Both the position numbers and the translations under genes were made by a program. From positions 256,001 through 320,000 of the forward strand of contig CAVZQN010000006.1 of NCBI GenBank assembly GCA_963777505.1: 64,000 bases of DNA, read 5' to 3'. A model generated the notes under the pieces. It saw only the letters and a program-made list of their open reading frames with translations, had not been told where the DNA came from and searched no databases. Source of the stretch: an uncultured bacterium. Lineage in GTDB: Bacteria > Acidobacteriota > HRBIN11 > JAKEFK01. This document shows, piece after piece, positions 50,762-60,742 of this stretch. Position 1 is the first letter of the stretch, and the number at the start of each line of letters is the position of its first letter.

Positions 50762-52006
50762 ATGATGAAAGCCTGGCTAAAACTATCGTTTGGCTTAATG
50801 GCTTGCTTTTTCCTCATAAGCTACGGCACCTGTATTGCGCAAACTGAAGAGCAAACTCAGACTCAACAGGTGCAAGAACAGGCGACCCCAGAGGAGACTC
50901 AGTCGGCTCAGCAACAAGAGGCAAGCCCACAACCTAAATCTGGCGAACTACCAGCACCGCTTGAAGCGGAAATGGTGGTCGCTGCACATTGGTCTAAAAA
51001 TCCATATCCGCGCACGGTCGCAGCAGGCGCACGTGTGCATATTGTAGAACGTCGCGACACTTTATGGGATCTGGCGCAACGTTACTACGGCAATCCATTC
51101 CTATGGCCGCAAATTTGGGATGCAAATAAATACATTCCAAATGCACATTGGATTTATCCTGGTGATCCGGTCATCATTCCGCCACTGACACCAATCAGCG
51201 ATCAGATGATTGCTCAGGAAGCACAACCCGGTGACACGGGTCCCGGTGAACCTGGTGGTCCTGGCGGACCTTCCATTCCTGCACCAGGAATACAAACGTA
51301 TCCAATAGCTCTGGATGTCGATCTTTATTGCAGCGGCTATATTGTCCCCGAAGTCGGTGGCTATAGAGTCAAAATTATTGGCAATGAAGAGAATACTGAA
51401 AAAATAGGGCTATCTCTCTTCGATATTGTTTACATAAATCAAGGTGAAGCCGATGGTATTTCTCCGGGGGATGAATTCACAGTCCTTCACCATATGCGGA
51501 ATATCCAACATCTAGTCACGCTTGAACGTCTAGGAGAGTACGTTGTTCAGACAGGAAGATTAAAAATTGTCGCAACACAGGAAAGAACATCCACGGCTCA
51601 AATTACATATTCCTGTGATACAAGTCTTGCCGGCGATTTTCTGGTTCCGTTTGAACCAAAAGAAGTTCCTAATCTAGCGGATTTACCACCCGTAGATCGC
51701 TTCAGCCTGGAAGGACCTAATCAAAAAGGTTATCTCGTATTTGCAAAAGATGACCTCACAAGTTTAGGCGACCAAAATGAAGTGCTAATTGACATAGGTG
51801 CTGCCGAAGGGATTTCAGTCGGTACTCGCCTGGTTGTGTACAGACATCAAACCAGAGGCTATGAAGGTACCGGTTTTGAACGTGATATACCAAGACGTGT
51901 GCTCGGCGAAATGGTGGTTTTTTCAGTTCAAGATTCAACATCAACAGGACGCATCATCCAGATGTACGACTACATGGAACCGGGGGATTCTGTAGAAGTA
52001 CGTTGA
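50762..52006 (+). CDS. Secreted LysM peptidoglycan-binding protein (TsaP-like architecture)
   Basis: Signal peptide; HIVERRDTLWDLAQRYYGNPFLWPQIWDAN..I.NAHWIYPGD. Confidence 0.88.
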   Translation: MMKAWLKLSFGLMACFFLISYGTCIAQTEEQTQTQQVQEQATPEETQSAQQQEASPQPKSGELPAPLEAEMVVAAHWSKNPYPRTVAAGARVHIVERRDTLWDLAQRYYGNPFLWPQIWDANKYIPNAHWIYPGDPVIIPPLTPISDQMIAQEAQPGDTGPGEPGGPGGPSIPAPGIQTYPIALDVDLYCSGYIVPEVGGYRVKIIGNEENTEKIGLSLFDIVYINQGEADGISPGDEFTVLHHMRNIQHLVTLERLGEYVVQTGRLKIVATQERTSTAQITYSCDTSLAGDFLVPFEPKEVPNLADLPPVDRFSLEGPNQKGYLVFAKDDLTSLGDQNEVLIDIGAAEGISVGTRLVVYRHQTRGYEGTGFERDIPRRVLGEMVVFSVQDSTSTGRIIQMYDYMEPGDSVEVR

Positions 52007-52026
52007 AGATTTGTTCTATTTCTTCA

Positions 52027-52057
52027 GACGGGCGGGGTAACCCGCCCGTTTGTTTTT
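52027..52057 (+). terminator. Intrinsic terminator
   Basis: ACGGGCGGG-GTAA-CCCGCCCGT followed by TTGTTTTT. Confidence 0.85.
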
Positions 52058-52142
52058 GGACTTGATCCTTAGTTGACTCGCGACTTTGACGAGATTCTGA
52101 ACGTTATGCTATTCTCAAGTCCGCTGTTTCGGGGGGTTTTGG

Positions 52143-54209
52143 ATGTCCACATTTGAGAAAGTCGGAGGTTTTCTCCTTTTTGAAAAAGTCGAAGAGGATA
52201 GACTTTCGAAAGATATGCTTGCTGGACAAATTTCCGGCAATCAAATTCAGCAAGTATGTGTTATCAAACGTTTTGACTCCTCGCTGTCAACCCTGCCCGA
52301 TTTCATTCTTGATCTAAATCAAGAATACGAGGGTATGAAATCCCTCTCTAACCCGAACATCATCAAACCATCACAATTTGTTCAGGATAAGAAAGAATTT
52401 GCAGCAGTCTTTGACTATGTTGAAGGAAAAAGTCTACGGACAGTTCTAAACAAGTGTGCACAGGACGGGTATCCATTCACCGTAGATCATGCCTTGCTTG
52501 TTGCGAGTCGACTCTGCACTGCATTGGAATATTTACATTCGAAAAAAGTAAATGAACAACGCATCATTCATGGTTATGTTTCACCGGAAGCAATTCTTGT
52601 CACGTATGATGGTGAAATCAGACTTCAATATCTCGGTCTTGCGCACGCGCTCCTAAAATTCCCTGCAGGTAAAGAAAAATTATTTCATGATTACAAAAAT
52701 TATCTTGCCCCTGAACTTTTGAGCCATCAGAAATGGGACAGGACCATCGACATTTATGGTGCGGGATTAGTTTTATATGAAATGCTCACAAGCGAAGTTC
52801 TGGACCGCACACAAACGCTTGAGAATGCAATCAATGATGCAATGATGAATTCAAACTCGGGTGAGAAAATTCCTCTACCCGATGATTTGAAAAAATTATT
52901 GTATCAAGCACTTTCACTCGAACCTTCAAATCGTTTTGCCTCTGTTGCTGATATGCGAAAAGCATTGGATCTGATGTTGTTTTCGAGTGAATTTTCGCCG
53001 ACAACTTTTAATCTAGCATTCTTTATGCATTCATTATTTCGTGAAACTATTGAAGAAGAGAGTAAAAAGATCGGACTCTATAAAAAAACCGACTATTCGG
53101 CTCATTTGAAACCTGAACCAGTTAGCGTTCCAGCGCCTCAGCCATCACAACCAGTCAAAAAGCCGGAGCCTGTTGCAGCCAAAGTTAAGGAAGCAACCGG
53201 GCCTGTCACACCATCGAGTCGTGTTGTTGAACGGCAGCCGCGAACAGCACACCCTCCTGTAGAGCAGCCAATTGTTTTTGCATCCACAGAAGCAAGAGAA
53301 AAATCGCGATTACCAATCTTTGCCGGACTGTTGCTGATCATTGCTGTTGGAGCAGCAATCTTTTACTTTTTCGCACTAAAACCAGGGAAAACTCCTACAG
53401 CAAAAGTGTCTCCGCCGCCGATCATTCAAGGATTGACCCCTGAACAAATGAAAATACAGGAAGAAGAACGGAAGAAATTAGAACAAGATGCTTTAACCGC
53501 GCAACAGGAAGCTCGCAAAAAGGACGAAGAACTAAAAGCATTGCAGGCTAAACTTGATGCGCTTTTAAAGGCACAGCAAGAACAGGCTAAAAAGAAAACA
53601 GAAGCTGAAAAACCGACGGTGGATGTTGTAGCAATCAAAAAGCTTCAGCAAGAAGCAAAGCGTTTAGAGGAAGAGAAAAATCAGCAGCAGGCACTTGCTG
53701 AACAAAAACTAAAGGAAGCTCAGGCAACTCCAAATCCGCCTGATCTACAACCTGTAACAGAACAAGCGCCGGAGAATATCGCTTCCACAACACTCCCTGT
53801 TCCTGCTCCGACTGATGGCATTAACCAGGATCCTCCTCCAGTTGAAGTACCTCAGCAGAAAGAAATTCCGGTTGAAATCGAACCAATAAAACCAGCGGTT
53901 GTAGAAGGACAGATCGTTGATCTTACGCCTGATGTAGTTAAGCCTGAAATTGTAAGCCGGGTAAATCCTTCGTATCCGCCTATTGCTCAACAAAAGAAAA
54001 TCGAAGGGACTGTAATCATAGGCGTTCTTGTTTCCGAACGCGGTGAAGTAGCTGAGGTAAAAGTACTGCGCAGTGGTGGAGGTGGTGGTCTGAATGAAGC
54101 AGCGCTTACTGCAGTTCGTAAATGGAAATTTCGCCCCGCAGTTAAAGAAGGCAAACGCGTTAAAGTGTGGATGACCTACCCCATCGTCTTCAAACTCAGC
54201 AAAGCTTAA
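52143..54209 (+). CDS. Ser/Thr pseudokinase - TM - coiled coil - TonB C-terminal domain fusion
   Basis: Kinase fold with YLAPE and DIYGAG but HRD replaced by HGY and DFG by YLG; TM helix; C-terminal YPPIAQQKKIEGTV...AVRKWKFRPA. Confidence 0.82.
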   Translation: MSTFEKVGGFLLFEKVEEDRLSKDMLAGQISGNQIQQVCVIKRFDSSLSTLPDFILDLNQEYEGMKSLSNPNIIKPSQFVQDKKEFAAVFDYVEGKSLRTVLNKCAQDGYPFTVDHALLVASRLCTALEYLHSKKVNEQRIIHGYVSPEAILVTYDGEIRLQYLGLAHALLKFPAGKEKLFHDYKNYLAPELLSHQKWDRTIDIYGAGLVLYEMLTSEVLDRTQTLENAINDAMMNSNSGEKIPLPDDLKKLLYQALSLEPSNRFASVADMRKALDLMLFSSEFSPTTFNLAFFMHSLFRETIEEESKKIGLYKKTDYSAHLKPEPVSVPAPQPSQPVKKPEPVAAKVKEATGPVTPSSRVVERQPRTAHPPVEQPIVFASTEAREKSRLPIFAGLLLIIAVGAAIFYFFALKPGKTPTAKVSPPPIIQGLTPEQMKIQEEERKKLEQDALTAQQEARKKDEELKALQAKLDALLKAQQEQAKKKTEAEKPTVDVVAIKKLQQEAKRLEEEKNQQQALAEQKLKEAQATPNPPDLQPVTEQAPENIASTTLPVPAPTDGINQDPPPVEVPQQKEIPVEIEPIKPAVVEGQIVDLTPDVVKPEIVSRVNPSYPPIAQQKKIEGTVIIGVLVSERGEVAEVKVLRSGGGGGLNEAALTAVRKWKFRPAVKEGKRVKVWMTYPIVFKLSKA

Positions 54210-54231
54210 TCTTTGCGTCTTTGCGGTTGAG

Positions 54232-57200
54232 TTACTGAATCAGGGCTTGTGCTTCCTCGAACCTTGCGGACAGAACAGTTGAGACACCTGGTTCTGCCAT
54301 TGTGACACCATACAACTGATCGGCAGCTTCCATCGTGCCTTTTTGGTGGGTGACTACAATAAACTGAATTTGCTTTTTCATTTCTGAAATGACTGCAAGA
54401 AATCGTTGCACGTTGACATCATCGAGCGCAGCATCGACTTCATCCATTACGCAGAAGGGACTTGGGTTGTATTGAAACAATGCCATCAAAAATGCGATTC
54501 CGCTGAGCGCTTTTTCACCACCGCTAAGAAGATTCACGTTCTGAAGCCTCTTACCAGGCGGTTGTACATGAATATCAATTCCGCTGTCATGAACATTTTC
54601 CGGATCGATGAGCACCATCTCTGATTTACCGCCATTGAACAACCTTTGGAAGAAATTGTGGAAATGTCCTTGAACTGCATTAAACGCGTCATGAAAACGC
54701 CGTAGAGAAGTTTCATCGATTCTCTTAATTGTTTCTAACAAGGTTTCAATGGAAAGTTTAAGATCTTCATATTGAGTCTTCAAGAAACGATGACGTTCTT
54801 CCATCTGAACATATTCATCAAGCGCCAATTCATTGATCGAACCGAGCCGTTCCATGCGCTTTTCTGTTTCCTGCATTCTATTGCGAAGTTCCTCGTCATT
54901 GAGGTTAAGAAATTCTGATTCGGGAAGCTGAAGTTCAGCCAGTTCGATTCCCATTTCTTCTCTACACCGCAACAGAAGATCTTCTTGCTGAGTATCAATG
55001 CGAGCTTTTTCCACTTCAGCGGTACTTCTTTCCTGTCTCACGGTATCCAGAACTGTACGGGCTTCTTGTACTCCATTGTCCTGGGCAGTAATTTCGGTCG
55101 TCAGATTTTCTTTTTGCTGTTCTTGATTTCCAATTGATTGTTTTTGCTCATCACGCGACCGCAGTATTTCTATTTGTTGCTGTTCAAGTTGATTGCAAAT
55201 AATTTCCGTTTCACCGATTTCCTGTTCACGCTGTCGTACGATTTCCACATTATCTGCAATTGAACGCTGAACATTTTCATGCTGTTCTTTTAAACGATCG
55301 ATTTCAGCAAGTGCTGATCTGTCTCGCTCCTTTAATTCCGCGATTTGAATCCGTGATTCATGTACGCGCGCTTGAAGATCTGATTGTTCGCGTCTTTTGA
55401 TTTCCAGCTGCAGTTCATCTTCCTGGAATTGTGATTCACATTCTTGCCGCTTTGACGTTTCCTGTTCAAGTTGCATCAGGAATTGTTGCGATCTTGCATG
55501 TACAGCTTCACGTTCATTAACAAGCAGAGAAATTTCAGTATTTAATGCTTCAATAATGTTCGATTCGCGCGAAAGTTCCTTTTCTAATTGATCGGTCTCC
55601 ATTTTGACCATCATTCGATCTTTGTTTTTGGAATCACGTACTTCACTCAACCTTACCAATTCTCGATTCGAGACATCAAGACGATCCTGAATCGCACGAA
55701 CTTGATTTTCGAGATTGAGGAGGTGTTCTTCTACGGCTTCCATTTCAACCGTAAGTTCCTTTTTTTGCCGTTGAATCGAAATGAGTCCAGGCATATCGTC
55801 TGATTTCGCGCCGCCTGCATACACAGTTGGAGAAAGGATCACATCACCTTGAACTGTAACGAATTGATAATCCGGGTACCGTTTGATTAAACCTTGGGCC
55901 GATTCAAGATTGTCCACCAACACTGCCGTTTGTATAAAAGGGGCAACTGCTGGCAGAGCTTCATCACGGATTGCGACCTTTTCATGAAGTGTTCCAATGA
56001 CACCTGTTTCGTTACGGAGTTCATCAGGCAATTGCGGTGGATTCAAATCATGGCCGTTTTTAATTACAAAACCGCAGTATCCGAGATTTTCCTGTTTCAG
56101 AAGATCGATCGATGAAAGCGCATTTGATTCTTCATTCACAATTAAGTAATTCAATTTGTCAGCAAGAAAATTCTCAACTGCAGTTTCATACCGCGGTTCT
56201 GTTTGAATAAAGTCCATCATCATTCCAAGGGTATGAGCCGCAGGGCGATTTGATAGATCGCGAGCTGATTCGTTATAGAACTTTGATGAATGCTGTTGCG
56301 CATCCAGCTTCTGAAGTTCCATCCGCAGATCCTGCTGCCGCTTAAATGCGTTTTGGAGTTGTCCCTGCAACGCATCCCATTCAACTTTATCGTGGTCACA
56401 GCGTTGATGGATCTCAGATTTTGTATGATCAAGATAACCTAGCTCTTCTTCAATCTGCTGGCCGGCTGAGCGTTTTATGTCAAAAGCATTATTAAATTCC
56501 TGCTGCGATTTACGGACGTTTTCAAGCTCAACTTCTTTCTTACTGATAAATTCAACAAGATGTTCATGCTGCGTATGAAGCCGCGTTTGTTCATTTTTTA
56601 ATTGCGATGCGCTGGATAGTAAATCCAGAATTTCTTTTCGCAATTGCTGAACCCGCTGTTCAAGATTGTTTGATTCGGTTGTCTTTTGATCGAGTTGAGC
56701 AAATAACTGAGTATGATGCTGCACCAGCTCATCTGTCTGTGACTTCAGCTCCAACTCTTCCGCAGTTTTGGACTGCATTGTTTGCTGCAAATTAATTTCT
56801 TCCTGGGACAGACGCGTAATATCCGTTTCTTTTTCCTGGATGTTGTTACGCAATTCGCTGATACGCTGGCGTTTATATTGAAGATTGCTCTGATTTTCCT
56901 GAATCTGCATTTCGATTTGATGAAGTGTCGATTGAGCCTGGAATAGCCGGCTTTCAAGTTCTGCAAAACGCAGCTTCATTTCATTCAGCACAAGTTCACG
57001 TTGCTGTAAATTCTGGAGCGCACTTTGTTCTTCTTCAAATTTTTTACTGAGTTGTTCTTCCAGTCTCTGGCGATCTTCCTGGATTTGTTGGTACTTTCGA
57101 ATAAATACGATGCGTTGAATTGTTCCTTTCTCTTCTTTCAGCATTTGATAGCGGCGTGCTTTGGCAGCCTGCCGCTTTAAGCTGGAAAGTTGCTTTTCAA

Positions 57201-57789
57201 CTTCAGTCAAAATGTCCTGGATGCGTTCCAGTTGAAGCTGATTTTCAGCTAATTTCATTTGAGCGGCACGTTTTTTATGCTTGAATTCTGCCACTCCAGC
57301 AACTTCTTCAATGAGGCCTCTTCGTTCAATTGGTTTTGACTCAAAAAGAAAATTGATGCGGCCTTGTTCGAGAATTGAATACGCAAGCGGATCAAATCCT
57401 TCATTGAGGAAAAAAGCATGAATGTCTTTGAGACGGCAAATGTCGCCGTTCATCTCGTATTGGCTGTCACCTGACCGGAAAAGACGACGTGCAATCGAAA
57501 TTTCAGGCGCTGCTGGATTGTCTTTTTCAGTCTTCCAGACCAGGGCAACCTGAGCCATGTTTACGGGTTTACGATTTTTTGAGCCCGTAAAGATGACTTC
57601 TTCCATTTTGTCGCTGCGTAAAGATTTTGCGCTTTGTTCGCCGAGCACCCAATTGAGTGCATCCACGACATTGCTCTTTCCGCAGCCATTAGGGCCGACA
57701 ATCGAAGTGATGCCCTGGTTGATCTTTATGATCGTTTTTTCACAAAAAGACTTAAATCCCAATATCTCAATGCGGTCTAAAAATAGCAT
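54232..57789 (-). CDS. smc: Chromosome segregation protein SMC
   Basis: GFKSF, GPNGCGKSN, long coiled coils with hinge, LSGGEK, DEVDAALD. Confidence 0.96.
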   Translation of the reverse strand: MLFLDRIEILGFKSFCEKTIIKINQGITSIVGPNGCGKSNVVDALNWVLGEQSAKSLRSDKMEEVIFTGSKNRKPVNMAQVALVWKTEKDNPAAPEISIARRLFRSGDSQYEMNGDICRLKDIHAFFLNEGFDPLAYSILEQGRINFLFESKPIERRGLIEEVAGVAEFKHKKRAAQMKLAENQLQLERIQDILTEVEKQLSSLKRQAAKARRYQMLKEEKGTIQRIVFIRKYQQIQEDRQRLEEQLSKKFEEEQSALQNLQQRELVLNEMKLRFAELESRLFQAQSTLHQIEMQIQENQSNLQYKRQRISELRNNIQEKETDITRLSQEEINLQQTMQSKTAEELELKSQTDELVQHHTQLFAQLDQKTTESNNLEQRVQQLRKEILDLLSSASQLKNEQTRLHTQHEHLVEFISKKEVELENVRKSQQEFNNAFDIKRSAGQQIEEELGYLDHTKSEIHQRCDHDKVEWDALQGQLQNAFKRQQDLRMELQKLDAQQHSSKFYNESARDLSNRPAAHTLGMMMDFIQTEPRYETAVENFLADKLNYLIVNEESNALSSIDLLKQENLGYCGFVIKNGHDLNPPQLPDELRNETGVIGTLHEKVAIRDEALPAVAPFIQTAVLVDNLESAQGLIKRYPDYQFVTVQGDVILSPTVYAGGAKSDDMPGLISIQRQKKELTVEMEAVEEHLLNLENQVRAIQDRLDVSNRELVRLSEVRDSKNKDRMMVKMETDQLEKELSRESNIIEALNTEISLLVNEREAVHARSQQFLMQLEQETSKRQECESQFQEDELQLEIKRREQSDLQARVHESRIQIAELKERDRSALAEIDRLKEQHENVQRSIADNVEIVRQREQEIGETEIICNQLEQQQIEILRSRDEQKQSIGNQEQQKENLTTEITAQDNGVQEARTVLDTVRQERSTAEVEKARIDTQQEDLLLRCREEMGIELAELQLPESEFLNLNDEELRNRMQETEKRMERLGSINELALDEYVQMEERHRFLKTQYEDLKLSIETLLETIKRIDETSLRRFHDAFNAVQGHFHNFFQRLFNGGKSEMVLIDPENVHDSGIDIHVQPPGKRLQNVNLLSGGEKALSGIAFLMALFQYNPSPFCVMDEVDAALDDVNVQRFLAVISEMKKQIQFIVVTHQKGTMEAADQLYGVTMAEPGVSTVLSARFEEAQALIQ

Positions 57790-58042
57790 GATTCCACTAT
57801 ATCCCGTGGTAGTTTTGAAAGTCGCCACAAAGTATAGCATGTGAGACGAAGGCCATCAAGCATTTCGCGAAAAATGAATAAAGTAGAAGGATGATGTTAG
57901 CAGAACTGCCGCCGAAGATGCTGATGAACCCGGGCTAGGTGATTGCTTTTTGACACCTTATGCGGTTTCCATTACAATTGCCGCAGAGCTTGCTATAAGT
58001 CCGTTGGATTCCCAAAACTAGTGAAAAGGAGTTTATAAAATC

Positions 58043-59023
58043 ATGGATTTCAAGGGAAAGTCCGAGAAGATTTGGTACAACGGAGAGTTTGTAGATTGGG
58101 ATGACTGCAAAATTCACATAGCGTCCCATGTAATTCATTATGGTTCAGCGGTTTTTGGTGGAATGCGTTGTTATAAAACACGCAATGGTTCGGCTGTTTT
58201 TCGGATGCAGGATCATACGAAGCGTTTAATTGATTCGTGCAAGATTTACAGAATGGACCCGGCTTATACGCAGGAAGATTACAATGAAGCGGTCCTTGAA
58301 ACGATCCGCATGAACCAAATGAAAGAATGTTATGTTCGGCCGATTGTGTACCGCGGCTATCATAGTCTTGGAGTCAATCCATTTCCCTGTCCTGTGGACT
58401 CTGCGATTCTAATTTGGGAGTGGGGCAAATATCTTGGGGAAGAAGCCTTGGAGAAAGGCGTCGATGTTTGCGTCTCATCGTGGAATCGGATGGAGCCCAA
58501 TACCCTTCCTGCCCTTGCAAAATCGAGTGCCAATTACATGAATTCTCAATTGATCCGTATGGAAGCAATTGTTGGCGGATTTGTTGAAGGGATTGCACTG
58601 GATCCATCAGGTCATGTAAGCGAAGGAAGCGGCGAAAATGTATTCCTCTATTGGAGAGGCAAGATCTACACACCGAATCTAGCATCGAGTGTTTTATGCG
58701 GGATTACTCGATCTACAGTGATTCAAATTGCGGAAGATCTTGGTTATGAAGTTGTTGAAGATGCAATACCGCGAGAGCTTTTATATATAGCGGATGAAGT
58801 TTTTATGACAGGAAGTGCTGCTGAAATTACGCCGATCCGCTCTATCGATAAAATTGAGATTGGCAATGGAAGACGTGGTCCTGTTACGGAGAGAATACAG
58901 AGGGAATTTTTTGGAATCATATCGGGTGAAAAGCCCGATCGTCACGGATGGTTGACTCCGGTTTATGCCGAAGAACACGAATCCGAGGCGGTGGCCGTAG
59001 AGAAGGTAGCTCACGGAAAATAG
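58043..59023 (+). CDS. ilvE: Branched-chain amino acid aminotransferase
   Basis: HYGSAVF, AKSSANYMNS, SEGSGENVF, GITR, TGSAAEITP. Confidence 0.95.
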   Translation: MDFKGKSEKIWYNGEFVDWDDCKIHIASHVIHYGSAVFGGMRCYKTRNGSAVFRMQDHTKRLIDSCKIYRMDPAYTQEDYNEAVLETIRMNQMKECYVRPIVYRGYHSLGVNPFPCPVDSAILIWEWGKYLGEEALEKGVDVCVSSWNRMEPNTLPALAKSSANYMNSQLIRMEAIVGGFVEGIALDPSGHVSEGSGENVFLYWRGKIYTPNLASSVLCGITRSTVIQIAEDLGYEVVEDAIPRELLYIADEVFMTGSAAEITPIRSIDKIEIGNGRRGPVTERIQREFFGIISGEKPDRHGWLTPVYAEEHESEAVAVEKVAHGK

Positions 59024-59051
59024 TTAAGAAGGGTCTCGGAGGATTTCGCAT

Positions 59052-60245
59052 ATGCATATTAACGATCTGTTGAAGATCGCAACGGAGAAGGGGGCTTCAG
59101 ATCTTCACTTAAAAGTTGGTTCGCACCCGGTGTTACGGATTACGGGCGAGCTTGTACCCCAGGTCGATTTAAAGCGGTTGATGCAGGAAGACACGATTGC
59201 GATGGCTTTCAGCATTATGAATAACCGCCAAAAGCAAAAATTTAAGGATCATCTGGAGATTGATATTGCATATAGCGTCCCCGGATTGGGCCGTTTTCGA
59301 TGCAACATTTTTCAACAACGCGGAACTGTCGGTCTCGTACTGCGCGTAATTCCTGTCAAAATTTTAACAATTCGTGAATTGTTATTGCCGCTTGTTCTTG
59401 AAAAAATTTCGATGGAACAACGTGGTTTGATTCTTTGCACAGGAACAACAGGTTCCGGTAAATCTACATCACTTGCAGCTCTCATCGATTACATTAACGC
59501 TCATCGTAAAGCTCATATCATTACGATCGAGGATCCAATCGAATTCTTGCATCGTGATAAAAAGAGTTTAATCAATCAACGTGAAGTTGAAGTAGATACA
59601 AAAAGTTTCGCAGGGGCATTGCGATCTGCATTACGTCAGGATCCTGATGTAATTCTGGTCGGTGAAATGCGTGATTATGAAACGATTGAAACGGCAATCA
59701 CGGCTGCTGAAACAGGTCACCTTGTTCTCAGTACGTTGCATACATTGGATGCCACTGAAACGATTAACCGTATTATTGCGGTTTTCCCACCTCATCAACA
59801 AAAGCAGATTCGGTTACAGCTGGCCCAAGTTTTGAAAGCTGTTATCTCACTCCGCTTGATGCCTAAGGCGGATGGGCAGGGCCGAGTGCCTGCAACAGAG
59901 GTGCTGGTTTCAACTGCTCTGATCCGCGACTACATTATTAATAAAGAAAAGACTCGTCTGATTACGGACGCAATTGCTCAGGGTGTTTCTCAATACGGGA
60001 TGCAAACCTTCGATCAATCCCTTTATGCTTTGCTAAAGAAAGGGATGATTACTTACGAAGAAGCTTTGTTAAGAGCGACAAATCCCGAAGAATTCAAATT
60101 GCGTTTGCAGGGTATTTCTTCAACCAGCGGTATGACGCAGGAACAGATCGAAGAATTTACTTTACGCGACGGTACGGGAAAGGATTCGGTCGATTCAAGC
60201 GGATCGTTGGGCGACGACTTCCCGATGGACGAACTCGAACGGTAG
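59052..60245 (+). CDS. pilT: Type IV pilus retraction ATPase (PilT/PilU family)
   Basis: ASDLHL, GTTGSGKST, TIEDPIE, ALRQDPDVILVGEMRD, AETGHLV.STLHT, GMQTFDQ. Confidence 0.93.
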   Translation: MHINDLLKIATEKGASDLHLKVGSHPVLRITGELVPQVDLKRLMQEDTIAMAFSIMNNRQKQKFKDHLEIDIAYSVPGLGRFRCNIFQQRGTVGLVLRVIPVKILTIRELLLPLVLEKISMEQRGLILCTGTTGSGKSTSLAALIDYINAHRKAHIITIEDPIEFLHRDKKSLINQREVEVDTKSFAGALRSALRQDPDVILVGEMRDYETIETAITAAETGHLVLSTLHTLDATETINRIIAVFPPHQQKQIRLQLAQVLKAVISLRLMPKADGQGRVPATEVLVSTALIRDYIINKEKTRLITDAIAQGVSQYGMQTFDQSLYALLKKGMITYEEALLRATNPEEFKLRLQGISSTSGMTQEQIEEFTLRDGTGKDSVDSSGSLGDDFPMDELER

Positions 60246-60263
60246 AACCTTTGTGTCTCTGCG

Positions 60264-60719
60264 GTGAGTTCTAATCCTGCGCGCGAGAAAGCACTTTCGT
60301 ATCTAGGGCGTTTTTCAAGAACACGAAAGCAGGTCGCAGACTATCTTAGACGGAAAGAATTCACTCCCGATCAAATCCAGGATGCGATCGCGTATCTTGT
60401 CGAGCATCGGTATCTAAACGACGATGCTTTTGCTGAATCTTTTGTTCTAGAAAAAATCCGTCATAAAGATGGACCGATGAAGATCCGTCAAATGCTGTAT
60501 TTGAAAGGGATTCCTACCGACCTAGCGACCCGGATATTGAATGAAAAGTATCCAGTTGAAATCCAGGAGGAAAGTGCTGCCGCGCTCATGCGCCAGAAAC
60601 TTCGTTCAGGCCAAATCGCTTCTAAATTAGGCCGGAGCGATCGTGAGAAGTTATTCCGTTTTGTTGCTTCCCGCGGTTTCAACCGGTATGTTATTATTCA
60701 AGCTTTTAAATCGCTGTAA
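60264..60719 (+). CDS. recX: Regulatory protein RecX
   Basis: ALSYLGRFSRT, YLNDDAFA, GPMKIRQ.L..KGI, SRGF; lies before alaS. Confidence 0.88.
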   Translation: MSSNPAREKALSYLGRFSRTRKQVADYLRRKEFTPDQIQDAIAYLVEHRYLNDDAFAESFVLEKIRHKDGPMKIRQMLYLKGIPTDLATRILNEKYPVEIQEESAAALMRQKLRSGQIASKLGRSDREKLFRFVASRGFNRYVIIQAFKSL

Positions 60720-60742
60720 TTCGCTGCGTCTCCGCGGTTTTT

